Of a DNA stretch of 64,000 nucleotides, positions 1-9,960 are shown piece after piece; the stretch's first letter is position 1, and the number at the start of each line of letters is the position of its first letter. The notes beneath the pieces were generated by a model. It was not told where the DNA came from and did not search any database. It worked only from the letters and a program-made list of their open reading frames with translations. The stretch is from an uncultured Alphaproteobacteria bacterium (GTDB taxonomy: Bacteria > Pseudomonadota > Alphaproteobacteria > DATDPM01). Where the stretch lies: positions 15,972 through 79,971 of the forward strand of contig CAWJEX010000022.1 of assembly GCA_963841995.1 (NCBI GenBank). The letters are read 5' to 3'. A program made the position numbers and the translations under genes.

Positions 1-1
1 G

Positions 2-580
2 GATGAGACAAGCATCACGCCGGAGTTCTACCCCAAGGCAAGCTCGCGTTTTCGCCATGCGCTCATCAAGGCGATCAAGCTTATCCGTTACATTCGAAAC
101 AACGACGTGATCGATGTCGGATGTGGCGGCGGCTTCATGGCCGAGGCAATGCGGCGTTTAGGCGGCCGTGCCATCGGCATCGACATTAGCCCGCGTGCGA
201 TTGCCTATGCTCGCAATCATTTTCCCAGCGTCGACTTCACGTGCGAAATCCTGGAAGACTTCCAGAATAGAGGACGGATGTTTGATTTTGTCTATTGCTC
301 GGAAGTGATCGAACACGTGGCCAACGCAGAAAGGTTTGCCGCGGCGCTGGCTCAAATTTGTAGGGCCGGTGGATATCTTTTCATAACTACGCCCGACATC
401 GGCCACTGGCACGTGCCCAAGGACCTGGTGTCTTGGCCTCTTGTCGATCCGCCGCGGCATGTCCGGTATTTCAACACAGCGAACTTGCGCATGCTTTTGG
501 AGCGCCACGGCTTCACGCTCCGCCGCAAGATTTTCAAACGCAAGCCCGGACTGCATGTGCTGGCGCAGCGCTATATCTAA
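2..580 (+). CDS. class I SAM-dependent methyltransferase (5' end outside window)
   Basis: The frame is open from the window edge. It has SAM-binding motif I (VIDVGCGGG), then IGIDISP and the SEVIEHV motif. ORF track 107..580 is the same frame. Confidence 0.8.
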   Translation, partial: DETSITPEFYPKASSRFRHALIKAIKLIRYIRNNDVIDVGCGGGFMAEAMRRLGGRAIGIDISPRAIAYARNHFPSVDFTCEILEDFQNRGRMFDFVYCSEVIEHVANAERFAAALAQICRAGGYLFITTPDIGHWHVPKDLVSWPLVDPPRHVRYFNTANLRMLLERHGFTLRRKIFKRKPGLHVLAQRYI

Positions 581-696
581 TCGTTTCTGAGCGAAGAACG
601 CAAAAACGATGCAACGGCTGGATTGCTATATTGGCGCGAACGCGTTCTCCCAAATTAGGAACGAATGCGTCCCACTTTCCGGCTCGGTTGCGACAG

Positions 697-862
697 GCGA
701 GACAAAATCGCACTCCAACCGATTGAAAAATTTGGCTCAGAAAGAGGTCTGGTGCCCAGGGGCGGGATTCTCCAAGTTATAAAAATCAATGGCTTACAAA
801 AAGGTGGGACACCGAATCTTCCCGTATCGTCATTACGCTTTCCGGGGAAAGTGTCCCACCGG
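697..862 (+). repeat. dispersed composite repeat, copy 1 (left arm diverged)
   Basis: TGGTGCCCAGGGGCGGGATTC at 750-770. Hairpin arms are GTGGGACAC at 804-812 and GTGTCCCAC at 851-859 (38-nt loop). It aligns by eye with copies 2-9. Confidence 0.85.
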
Positions 863-1101
863 TTCCACATCTTAGCCGCCGAAAATTTCTGATTTGCGCC
901 ACAAGCAAACAAATCGGATCTGCGGCGTACAATCCCACCTTTTGCCACCGCGCCCCGGGCGTACGGCATGCTTGGCCATGATCTCATTTCGGCTGCACCA
1001 AACTTATTGCCAGTTTACCATACCCGCCGGCAAACCCTGGAGGTCGTATGCGCAAGGGTTGGACATGGAAACTGACGCGTTTTACTGCGAACGCTGGGCT
1101 A

Positions 1102-1653
1102 ATGTCTCGTCTCGCCTCGCTTTTTTCGACGAACGACCGCAACCCGAATGTGATGTCAGAAGATTTTATCCGACGTTTGTTCGCGGACCCGGAAATGCTG
1201 CGCATGGGTCATTTACAGCGGCAAGAAGATCTTAATCTGGGCCTTGGCTGGCTGTATTACGCGCTTGGACGAATCGTCCGGCCGAAGCGCGTCGTGGTGA
1301 TAGGATCGCTTCGAGGCTTTGCGCCCAGCATCATCGCGAAAGCCTTGTTGGACAACGTTGAAGGCGGTGATGTTCTCTTCATCGATCCGTCTTACATCAA
1401 TGAATTTTGGGCCGATCCGGCGGAAGTTGACGCCCATTTCCGGCAGTTGGGGACTTCAAACGTCCGTCACTACCGTTACACGACCCAAGAATTCACGGCG
1501 ACACCCGCCTATGCGGAGCTAAGTGATGTCGGATTGTTGATGATCGACGGCCTTCACACGGCGGAGCAAGCCAGACTCGATTATCTCGCTTTTCTCGACA
1601 AGCTAACCGAGAACGCCGTCCCGCTCTGTACGCGGCGCCTCCTTGATAGTTGA
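1102..1653 (+). CDS. class I SAM-dependent methyltransferase (Methyltransf_24/CmcI-like), probably 3'-truncated
   Basis: The translation has VVVIGSLRGF...FIDPSY...LLMIDGLHTAEQ, typical of this family. The C-terminus ends abruptly where an AT-rich junction begins. The start codon choice is uncertain. Confidence 0.6.
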   Translation: MSRLASLFSTNDRNPNVMSEDFIRRLFADPEMLRMGHLQRQEDLNLGLGWLYYALGRIVRPKRVVVIGSLRGFAPSIIAKALLDNVEGGDVLFIDPSYINEFWADPAEVDAHFRQLGTSNVRHYRYTTQEFTATPAYAELSDVGLLMIDGLHTAEQARLDYLAFLDKLTENAVPLCTRRLLDS

Positions 1654-1866
1654 CTAAATTAATTACTCTGATTCAACTTGTCGTGCCACCCCAAGTCGGC
1701 CTAATCGATCTGTCCTAACTCGCCCCGCTGGCTCACCCTGGACCGCTTGGGGTGAGCCGATCGATGTGGCCCGTCATCAGCCCGCGGCGGAAATTAAGGG
1801 CGCGACTTAGGCGGGGAAGGACGGCATTATGCCGCCGCGGACGTCGCAAGCAACCAAGGGGGACAA

Positions 1867-2235
1867 ATGAAAAATGTGGGTACGCGATTTATTTCTATCG
1901 CCATCATTTATGGGCTGCTCGGGATGGGGTTCGGGATTTGGATGGGCATGACCCAATCCTTGGCCTCTGCCCCCCTCCATACCCATATCAATTTGATCGG
2001 CTGGGCCTCGTTCGCGATATTCGGTCTGATCTACCGGGCCTTTCCGGCGTTGGCCGAATCCAAACTCGCCGCCGTGCATTTTTGGGTCGCCAATCTCGGC
2101 GCGGTCACCTTCATTGCGGGAATCGTCATCGTCATGCCCACCGGCAATATGCTGCCCGTCGCCGTTGGCGCGTTGATCATGCTGATTTCGATGATCATCT
2201 TCGCGGTCAATTTTTGGCAGAACGCGCGGGGATAA
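1867..2235 (+). CDS. small 4-TM membrane protein with HTHINLIGW motif
   Basis: 122-aa ORF made of four hydrophobic segments with an HxH motif in helix 2. A GGGGGA sequence sits upstream of the ATG. Function unknown. Confidence 0.55.
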   Translation: MKNVGTRFISIAIIYGLLGMGFGIWMGMTQSLASAPLHTHINLIGWASFAIFGLIYRAFPALAESKLAAVHFWVANLGAVTFIAGIVIVMPTGNMLPVAVGALIMLISMIIFAVNFWQNARG

Positions 2236-2268
2236 ACTGCATGGTCCCGCCGCTTCCTTCAATTCTAT

Positions 2269-2295
2269 AGCCGGCCAGCGTGACGCTGGCCGGCT
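2269..2295 (+). terminator. perfect 12-bp stem / 3-nt loop hairpin downstream of the 1867..2235 ORF
   Basis: AGCCGGCCAGCG-TGA-CGCTGGCCGGCT lies 34 nt after the stop codon. No T-tract follows, so terminator function is an inference. Confidence 0.4.
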
Positions 2296-2697
2296 GTGCG
2301 CCCGCCCCGGAACCTGAGGAAAATTGCTTCGCCATAAATTCATCAGATGCTTGCGATTGATTAGTGGCAGCGGGTGAATATCCACTGGCAATTTCCGTTC
2401 GCAATGCATTGTCCGCTTGAGGCATCACAGCCGAGCGGCGCTATCGGTTTAATACCACAGCCAAATTGCGCAGCGAGCCTTTTGAGCGAGCGTTCAAGAA
2501 AATTGTTTCACCAAAAACACCACCCTCAAAAAGCAAGAGCGCATCAAACGATTCCAAGTAGTGCTCCGACAAGATCATTAAATGTTGGATTCATTACTAG
2601 TATCAGGTCCGGAGTCTGTGACCGCAATTTCCCCAACCCTATAGCCGGGTTCTTCTTATTGATTAAAGCCAATGCGCTGTGTACGCGAGCTTTATCC

Positions 2698-3099
2698 CGC
2701 GTCGGCTTCATCGTCACCAACCTGTTACGCCCGGCCGAGCGCGTCGTCGGTTTCTACAATCAGCGCGGCACGGCGGGGCAATCGATCAAGGAAGGCAAGA
2801 ACGCGATGAAGTGGACGCGGCTGTCATGCTGCTCCTTCGCAGCCAACGCCGTCCGGCTTCCGCTCCATGCGCTGGCCTACAATCTTGCCAACTTCATGCG
2901 GACGCTGGCATTGCCCGAGGCTGTCGCACACTGGTCGCTGACCAGCGTCAGGGAGAAGCTCGTCAAGATCGGTGCCAAGATCGTTACAAATTCGCGCTAT
3001 ATCATCTTCCAGATGGCCGAGGTTACGGTGTCGCGGCAGCTGTTCGCTGCTATCGTGCGGCTCATTGCGCGATTGCACGCGCCCCCAGTGCCAGCGTGA
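2698..3099 (+). mobile_element. IS1380-family transposase, C-terminal fragment only
   Basis: FIVTNL...FYNQRGTAGQSIKEGKNAMKWTRLSCCSFAANAVRLPLHALAYNLANF...WSLTSVREKLVKIGAKIV matches the conserved IS1380 C-terminus. No N-terminal part is present. Confidence 0.75.
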
Positions 3100-3376
3100 G
3101 GGGATCGGGGATGACGTGCAAAAGCGAACCATGAGCGAAGTACGTCTCGATGATGGAGAAACAGCGGCCTTCTGCCAAGCTAGAGGCGGAACTCCTCCAC
3201 CAAGGCCCCCAAGTTCGCCGCCGACCGGCTCCGCCTTGCTACACAGTCCGAAAAAGGTGGATTGTGACGCGTGCAAGACCGGTCATCGGAGGAATGTCGG
3301 ATAAAGTGAAATCGGTATCCCGTGGTGTACCGACGGCTATGCGGATGCCGCTGGTCCAGCGGCCGAACTTGGAAAT

Positions 3377-4060
3377 ATGATCACATTTTACGACTTTGCC
3401 GCAGCTGTCATCAGGCGGATCTTCGACAGCCGCATCGCCGGCCCGCCGGTCATGGGCTGCGAAACGTTATTTCCGGAGGCCAAGGCGTTTGCGGGCTCCT
3501 GGCGCGCAATTCGCGACGAGGCGTTGAGCATCGCCGGACAGCTTCAACAGGTGCCGCGGTTTCACGAGATCATGCCGGAGCAAACAGCGATTTCGGCCAA
3601 TGACGGTCACGATTGGCGCATGTTCATCATGAAGGCTTATGGAGTCGAAGTTCCGCGTAACATGGCGCGATCTCCGACGCTGGCGGCACTTGTCGCGGCG
3701 AGCCCGGCGGTACTATCGGCGTCGTTTTCCTTCCTTGCGCCGGGAAAGCACATACCGGCGCACCGCGGCCCCTTCCGCGGCGTGCTGCGATTCTATCTCG
3801 TCTTGCAGATGCCCAAGGCAGAGGACGGGCGGCCTGCAGCGGTGCTGAAAATCGCGGACGAGGAATATCGACTGGCCGAGGGCGATTATCTTTTGTGGGA
3901 TGATACCTTCCGTCACGAAGTCTGGAACGCCGGCGACGAGACGCGAACCGTGTTGCTGCTCGATGTCTGGCGCCCCAACATGCCGATCGACATGATTCTT
4001 TTCTCCAAGATCCTCATCGCCATTGTCTGGCTCGGCATCCGATGGCGCGGCGTTGTGTGA
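3377..4060 (+). CDS. aspartyl/asparaginyl beta-hydroxylase family protein (LpxO-like)
   Basis: 227 aa with WRMFIMKAYG, GKHIPAHRGPFRGVLRFYL and LWDDTFRHEVWN, the Asp/Asn beta-hydroxylase signature. Confidence 0.8.
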   Translation: MITFYDFAAAVIRRIFDSRIAGPPVMGCETLFPEAKAFAGSWRAIRDEALSIAGQLQQVPRFHEIMPEQTAISANDGHDWRMFIMKAYGVEVPRNMARSPTLAALVAASPAVLSASFSFLAPGKHIPAHRGPFRGVLRFYLVLQMPKAEDGRPAAVLKIADEEYRLAEGDYLLWDDTFRHEVWNAGDETRTVLLLDVWRPNMPIDMILFSKILIAIVWLGIRWRGVV

Positions 4061-4275
4061 CGGACCATCGGCCCGGGAGGACATGAAACACTAGCGAGTG
4101 CGGGCGACCCAGGAATAAGCTTTTAATCCATATATCGGTTAAATTCGCTTTAGGAGATCATAACGCATGGCTCTTTCTTTTCGCAAGCAGGTTGGTCGTT
4201 TTCTTGCGTCATGTCTTGACGCTTGGAATGAGGTGCGACCTCCAAAAGACGATCGGGAGAGATGCTTGGGCCAAT

Positions 4276-4566
4276 CTATTTCACTTCCTGAAGAAGAACC
4301 ATTATCCGCTCCCGGAGCAATTGATCTTTCACGGGAAGAAAATCTGAACTTGGTTTGACGTATTCCTTAACCGCTTTGCGTCTGAGATTGTCAAGAATGT
4401 CTGGTTTCAAATCACTCGGGGAAGTCAATACTTCTATAACAGCGGCTCGTAGCGCGCACAGTTCGGCGCGCTCACGATCCAAAGTCGTGTAAGTGGGGCT
4501 ACGCATGACATTCGCTCCTAGTTTGGTTGGCACCGCTAGGATAGCGAAAGAGGGAGTGGCCGTCAT
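4276..4566 (-). CDS. hypothetical small protein in AT-rich patch
   Basis: ORF only. I recognised no family, and the start is uncertain (an internal Met at 4506 is possible). Confidence 0.25.
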   Translation of the reverse strand: MTATPSFAILAVPTKLGANVMRSPTYTTLDRERAELCALRAAVIEVLTSPSDLKPDILDNLRRKAVKEYVKPSSDFLPVKDQLLRERIMVLLQEVK

Positions 4567-4837
4567 AGCCGCTCCCTCTGACTACCTGTATTCTTGACAA
4601 CTATTGAACATTCGGACCACGCCTCGATGATCATCACACGGCAAAACCGGGATGATACTCGCAACGCGACCGATCGGTGCGGTCCTAATTGGCAATACCT
4701 TGTATGTCTGGCACGGATATTCTGACGAGCTGGCGAGCAATCGGCGATTCTCGGACGATTTTCTGCAGTCGTTAACCCGCTTTATTCTCTTGACGCAGCG
4801 TTGCCGCAGTTCTCGATCGCATCGACATGCTGCTTTG

Positions 4838-5065
4838 AAAGAGATAGTAGTATCCAGGATTTCGAGGTGGGACAAAATCGCGTCGTAACTGATTGAAAAA
4901 ATCTGCCTAGGAAAAAAGTTTGGTGCCCAGGGGCGGGATTCTCCAAGCTATAAAAAATTAATGGCTTACAAAAAATTGGGGCACCGAATCTTCCCGTATC
5001 GTCATTACGCTTTCCGGGGAAAGTGTCCCTCCGGTTTTGCGCCATAAACACGAAAAACTGACGAA
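4838..5065 (+). repeat. dispersed composite repeat, copy 2 (full length, hairpin arms mutated)
   Basis: Left arm is GTATCCAGGATTTCGAGGTGGGACAAAATCGCGTCGTAACTGATTGAAAAA. The 21-mer is at 4921-4941. The hairpin arms are degenerate (TTGGGGCAC / GTGTCCCTC). Confidence 0.85.
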
Positions 5066-5125
5066 TTGGCTTGCAGAGTTAGCAAGCGACCATGGCGTCA
5101 GTAGCCCGGTCCCGTTGCAATCCAT

Positions 5126-6545
5126 CTATTTCGGCGGTGCTACCGAACCGGCGTAGAACACTTCGCACTCTCCACCAGTCAAGATGTCCCTTCCCCTCTT
5201 GAGCAAACCGAGCGCTGGCCCGGCGAGGGACTTGAGTATATTCGGCTGCTCCACGACCGGCTTCTCGAAGGAGCCACGTATCTTTTGCTGCACCTTGGCG
5301 CAGCCCTTGGCATCGATCAGCGCGATGGTCACGTCATTGAACTGCTCCTTAACGAAATCGAGCCCCCCCTTGAGGGCGATCCGGTTTTCGTTCGTCGCCA
5401 TGGCCACGTCCTGCGCCTGCGCCACACCGCGCTCGACCCCCCAGTCGGAGACGAGTGTCCGGATTCCGCTACTGCCCCCCGATCCTTGAAAGATACTTGC
5501 AAATTTGTACCCCTTCGTGACCATCAAGCCGACAGGTCCGGCAAAGAAGAAGGCGCCCACATCCACGAGGTTGAAGTTCTGACTGGACTTAAACCGGGAG
5601 AACTCCTGATCGAGATCACTGCCATTGAGCATGAGGTTCTTGCCCCGCAGCGAGATCGGCCCCTCCATGGTCTGTCTCATCTCGTTCACGGTCTTTCCCT
5701 GCATCGAAAGATTTGCGGAGAAATCCATCGCCCCTTCCGCGACTTTCTCTGGCGCCAGGGTTTTGAGGAACTCCTCGATGCGGAACTGCGGCAGAGAGAA
5801 ACCGGCGTGGTAACGGGGAACTGCGTCCGAAAAGTCCGCTTGGATGCTCCCCGATCCCTGCGCGCCGAAGACACGCATCGTAACCGGCTTGAGATCGAAG
5901 ACCCCATTCTTTCCCTCGGCCGAGAACTTCAGGTCGGACGCAGCGACGTTTTTTGTCCGGATCTTCCCGCAGGCGAGTTCCGCCTTGAACGAAAGGTTCT
6001 TCAAGCGGTCCGGGCTTTCCCGGCTTGATAGTTGCAGGCGGGGCACGTCCAGATTGCAGTCCTCGGCCTCGAATCCTTCCCCGGATTGTTTGTCGGCGTA
6101 GAGGAGAGTTCCGTCCGAAAAGGAAACTTTTTCCAGGGCGGGTAACGTTCCTCTGGCCGCCTCCGGTTTCTCGACGTTGAGCCGACCGTCGTGGTCCCGT
6201 TCGATGGAGAATCCTCGGGTATTTCAGCGCGATCTTCCTGACCCGAACTTCCCTATGGAGCAGAGGGAGGAGGTCGATCCCAAGCACGGCCTCCTTTGCG
6301 GAGGCGACATCTGCCCCTCGGTTGCGAATGTGCAGGTCCTCCAGCGTGACGACTAAACCCGGGAAGAAGCCGATCCCCATCCGGCCGCCGACCCTGACCT
6401 CCATCCCCAAAGCATCCGAGGCGGTCGCTTCCAAACGGGGCTTGTAGGCATTGGCATCCACAAAAAAAAGCAGGGCCACCGCGCCGAAGACGAGGAGAGC
6501 AACAAACCCGCTGACGGCGAAGAGGATGATTTTCGATTTTGACAT
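5126..6545 (-). pseudogene. AsmA family protein, one frameshift near 6210
   Basis: The N-terminus MSKSKIILFAVSGFVALLVFG...KIALKYPRI (ORF 5616..6749 frame) continues as FSIERDHDGRLNVEK... in the 5126..6046 frame. The C-terminal part is AsmA-like. The frameshift could be a sequencing indel. Confidence 0.75.
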
Positions 6546-6571
6546 TGCCCTGATCCAGTCTCGCGCTAGCT

Positions 6572-6870
6572 CTACCGGCACTCGGCCGAACGCCTCAACC
6601 GCCGGCAACCCCTCGCGAAACGGGCCACGCCGAGCGGAAAAAGAGACCGGAGGGACCGCGGGTGCCCGGCGCGACGCAAAGCTTGACGCCAAACCATCGC
6701 GGCGCAGACATAGGTCAGTATTTGCGTAGCGAACGCCAGGAACACCCACTCTGGGCGCGAGCCGCGCGCGAGCTCAACGAACTGTTCGATCGAGCTAAAC
6801 TGCAGAACGACGACGATGAACGTCGACAGAATGGAAAGACTGAGAACCCAGGGCCAGATTCTTGCTGACG
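6572..6870 (-). pseudogene. N-terminal fragment of a lysylphosphatidylglycerol-synthase-TM-like (UPF0104) membrane protein
   Basis: Minus-strand translation WPWVLSLSILSTFIVVVLQFSSIEQFVELARGSRPEWVFLAFATQILTYVCAAMVWRQALRRAG resembles the family N-terminus. There is no start codon and the rest of the gene is missing. Confidence 0.4.
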
Positions 6871-7175
6871 GCTCAATCCCCAGTCTGCGAAAGAATGCTC
6901 TTGTCCACGATCAGGCCGTGATTCGACCTCGAATGGCGATCGAGCGGGATTGTGGCGCACCGGCGGATGCTTCATGGCCCCGTTCAGCCTCTATGCGTGG
7001 CGCCGGCAGTGGCTAGCGCCCGAATACCTGCTTCAGAAGGTCACTCTTACGCTCGACGGGATTCATGCGGATCGTGGCCTCTTCCTTCCTGATGTAATAA
7101 AACAGCCTGTCGAGGGCCCTTGGGCCCGGCCATCGATTGCCGCTGCGCTCGAGAACGCCCCGCCCCCGAGATCAG

Positions 7176-7358
7176 TTACACGACGAGCCGGCGCGACCCG
7201 AGCAGCAGCCAGAGAATGAGACCCAAGACGGGTAAGACGAGGATCAAAAGGATCCAGATCAATTTGTTGACCGGCGGCAGGCTGCTTTGCAGCACCTGGA
7301 AGATCGCGAATATATCCAGGACGAGGATAATGATCGCTGAAATGCCATAAAGATCCAT
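7176..7358 (-). CDS. PLDc_N domain small membrane protein
   Basis: 60 aa, two TM segments, with LIWILLILVLPVLGLILWLL typical of the cardiolipin-synthase N-terminal-like family. Confidence 0.7.
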   Translation of the reverse strand: MDLYGISAIIILVLDIFAIFQVLQSSLPPVNKLIWILLILVLPVLGLILWLLLGSRRLVV

Positions 7359-7578
7359 GCCCGTGCTCCCTCGGATTTACCATTTGGTCTGCCCATCGGC
7401 AGTCGTCACACAGAATTTCTCGGCCGTCGGCCGTCCGATTTTCTAACCGACGTTCCCCCAATAACTAACACTCCGATTAGACGAAGAAAATGAACCTCTA
7501 TGGTGGGGATCCCGATCGGCGCCGCTGGGGGAACTGCCAGGGGAACTTGTGTAGGCGGCTGAGTCCTCTTGTTTTCGT

Positions 7579-8139
7579 TCAGCGGCTGATTCTAGAAATC
7601 TTCGTTCCTTCAATGCTGACTCCGACCATCAGCCCTTGCTGATCGAATATGAAAGCGTAAGCGTCATCCTTCAGCGTTGATGTAGACAGATTCTTGGCAA
7701 CACCCTCGTTCACAATGACGACCGTCGGCCCCACGCCGATCTCCCATCCGTGTGAACGGTGGATGTAGCTTACTGCCTTATTGGTCATCAGAAAGACGGC
7801 GTATCCGTATGATTGAGCGCCGGCCTGCAGGCCCCAGGATCCAGTAAAAGAATTGTAGTAGCTGTCGATCTTCGATCCCTGTTTCAACTCGCCTTCGCCA
7901 TAGGCCGCACCGAACACCAGACCAGCTTTGACGATGTTGGGGAAAATGAGCACGGCCCTGGCCTTCTTCGAAAGGTCCTCTGCGAGGGGATTGGTTCGGT
8001 AAAGCATTTGCAGCGCGTGATCGGCGTCCCTATTGAGATCGTCCGCTGTTGCCGCGTTTGCGCGGTCAAGCACACTCGCTGATACCATGGCGCCGATAGC
8101 GACCGAAATCGCCAGAAAAAAGCCTCGGATGTTCATCAT
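7579..8139 (-). CDS. SYLF (YSC84/DUF500) lipid-binding domain protein, secreted
   Basis: Signal peptide MMNIRGFFLAISVAIGAMVSA, then ...AVLIFPNIVKAGLVFGAAYGEGEL...WGLQAGAQSYGYAVFLM, the SYLF pattern. The start is set at the Met-Met at 8139. Confidence 0.8.
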   Translation of the reverse strand: MMNIRGFFLAISVAIGAMVSASVLDRANAATADDLNRDADHALQMLYRTNPLAEDLSKKARAVLIFPNIVKAGLVFGAAYGEGELKQGSKIDSYYNSFTGSWGLQAGAQSYGYAVFLMTNKAVSYIHRSHGWEIGVGPTVVIVNEGVAKNLSTSTLKDDAYAFIFDQQGLMVGVSIEGTKISRISR

Positions 8140-8457
8140 CGTTGCATTCCTATTTTGAGAGTTATCCGACATTACCCAGATAGACGCGACATCCAGCCAA
8201 ACATGACGGCATGATAGCTCAAACGCTCCCGTCCGAGAATGCGGAAAGAGCCGGTTCTGGGCTGGATGTACCCAACATGCGGCTCCTTCCCGCTGCCAAA
8301 CCAGTTTTCGCGCCAAATTGCCTCGCTTCGGACTCACTTCGCCCATCGGCAGACCCTGAAATCGGGTTCAAAGGCAGCAGCATCGGCGTGCCGGAATAAG
8401 AGTCCGCCGGCCGTCGATTATTAGGCGTTGTCAAAACTGTTCAAGTCCGCCACCTTT

Positions 8458-8508
8458 CTCTTAACCCCAATCAGCGGGTCGCAGGTTCGAGTCCTGCTGC
8501 GCGCACCA
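8458..8508 (+). other. 3' half of a tRNA (Lys-like), no 5' half: candidate island att scar
   Basis: CTCTTAA-CCCCA-ATCAGCGGGTC-GCAGG-TTCGAGT-CCTGC-TGCGCGC-A-CCA has a T-arm, a 3' acceptor strand and CCA. No complementary GCGCGCA 5' strand lies upstream. Confidence 0.6.
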
Positions 8509-8650
8509 AATTCCCTTTGAAAAGCAAATGATTACACAGCCGCGCAAATCGGCGCCGTTCTTAGCGAAATTAGCTTAATATGTTTCCGTTGAACCCTTCA
8601 CAAGCGGCGATATCGCCACGTCGTTTCCAAAATCCAGAAAGGATACCACC

Positions 8651-9191
8651 ATGTCATCTTTCGCCCACCCGATCGCCATGTCCGCGCCGTTCACGCGCTC
8701 GGTTGCGATCGCGGCGCTGATGGGCGCCACGATGCTCGCCAGTCCGCTGACCGCGGCTCGCGCCGATACCGCCACTAACGCGCCAATCCAGCTGGCGCAG
8801 GCCGCTGCTCCACAGAGCCAGCCCGCCGCGGGAGCCACCGAGACGAAGGCGGAGACCGTCGAGCAGCGGATCACCAGCCTTCACACGTCGCTGCAGATCA
8901 CGCCCAACGAGGAAGCGAAATGGAACAGCGTCGCGCAGGCGATGCGTGACAATGCCGCCGCGATGGAAAAGCTGGTCGCGGAAACGAACCGCCCAGGCCC
9001 CGCAAAGCATGACCGCGGTGGACGATCTGAAGACCTACCAGAAATTCGCCCAGGCGCATGTCGACGGGCTGAAGAACCTGATCTCGTCGTTCGAAACGCT
9101 CTACAATTCAATGCCTGATCCGCAGAAGAAGGTCGCCGACCAGGTGTTCCAGGAACTCCGCGTCACCAGGGCGCTCCGGTCGCATAGCTAG
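8651..9191 (+). pseudogene. Spy/CpxP-like (LTXXQ-type) periplasmic protein, frameshift near 8990
   Basis: The signal peptide and ...NEEAKWNSVAQAMRDNAAAMEKLVAET are in the first frame. It continues as ...APQSMTAVDDLKTYQKFAQAHVDGLKNLISSFETLYNSMPDPQKKVADQVF in the second frame (ORF 8946..9191). Confidence 0.6.
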
Positions 9192-9247
9192 CAGGGCCAA
9201 CGGTCGCGTTCCGCGACGTGACATCATGCTCATCAGAGGAGGTCGCC

Positions 9248-9556
9248 ATGACCTGCATCATCGACACTAAATCGAAACGCCACCTGTCGGCGAAGCTTGC
9301 GGCAGGGCTCGCAATCTCCGCCTTTCTCGTGCTCGGGACGTTTGTCGCATCGGCCAACGCGCAACCGCACCGAGGCGATCATCACCGTGGCGGGGATCAC
9401 CGCGGCGATCGTGGACATGGCGACTGGGGCGGCGGCTATTATCCCGCGCCCCCGGTGGTCTACGCCGCGCCGTCGCCGTACTATTATCCGCCGCCGGTGG
9501 TTTACGGCCCTGCCATCGGCATATATCTGCCGGGCGTCAGCATCCTGATTCGGTAA
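9248..9556 (+). CDS. small secreted His/Gly/Pro/Tyr-rich protein
   Basis: Signal-like LAAGLAISAFLVLGTFVASANA, then HRGDHHRGGDHRGDRGHGDWGGGYYPAPPVVY repeats. No family recognised. Confidence 0.45.
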   Translation: MTCIIDTKSKRHLSAKLAAGLAISAFLVLGTFVASANAQPHRGDHHRGGDHRGDRGHGDWGGGYYPAPPVVYAAPSPYYYPPPVVYGPAIGIYLPGVSILIR

Positions 9557-9790
9557 GCGCCAGCCTGACCCGGAAGGCAATACCGGCCAGCAATGCCGGC
9601 CGTTTGCCGTCGTCTTCGGCGTAGTGGCTGCACATCCGGCAGCACTCTCGGCGATGCGTGTCCAGGAGATCGGCCATCGATCCAAATTTAAGTTGTGATT
9701 TCACCGGCCTGGTACCGAATCTGCCGCATTTTCGGGAGCACACGATCAGTAGCGATCACAACAACAGATCGGAACCGAGGATTACTGAAT

Positions 9791-9952
9791 ATGAAAGACT
9801 TTGAAATTCAGCATGCGGCGGCGGAGCTCATTATGCGCCATGGTGCGAACGCTTTGGCGGTGGCGCGGGAGTGGGCAGAAAAACTCTCTGGTTCACGGGA
9901 CAAGGCTGCGTTCAAGGCCGCCTTGCGGGTCCTCACGGCGCATCCCTACTAA
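9791..9952 (+). CDS. hypothetical small protein
   Basis: ATG at 9791 inside ORF 9695..9952 (MKDFEIQHAAAELIMRHGANALAVAREWAEKL...). No family recognised. Confidence 0.3.
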   Translation: MKDFEIQHAAAELIMRHGANALAVAREWAEKLSGSRDKAAFKAALRVLTAHPY

Positions 9953-9960
9953 GTCGCCTC

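Noticed and set aside
750-770. The 21-mer TGGTGCCCAGGGGCGGGATTC could be part of a real tRNA gene on the minus strand.
   Set aside because: In none of the copies is there a D-arm, anticodon arm or complementary 5' acceptor strand. The adjoining sequence is AT-rich linker. At best it is a tRNA-derived scar.
771-790. GTTATAAAAATCAA in the repeat linker could be an FNR/FixK/NnrR box (TTGAT-N4-ATCAA), which would be interesting given the nearby norB/nnrS.
   Set aside because: Only the right half-site matches. The left half (GTTAT) does not, and it varies between copies (GCTAT, GTCAT). Most copies are not upstream of any NO-related gene.
4782-5051. Small minus-strand ORFs over the repeat copies share peptides such as FQSVTTRFCPTSKSWIPP and TFPGKRNDDTGRFG (655..987, 4782..5051, 25850..26068, 28983..29288, 43972..44175, 57277..57474).
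   Set aside because: The conservation is at DNA level. Starts, stops and frames differ between copies, and several copies are interrupted. This argues for a non-coding repeat, not a gene family.
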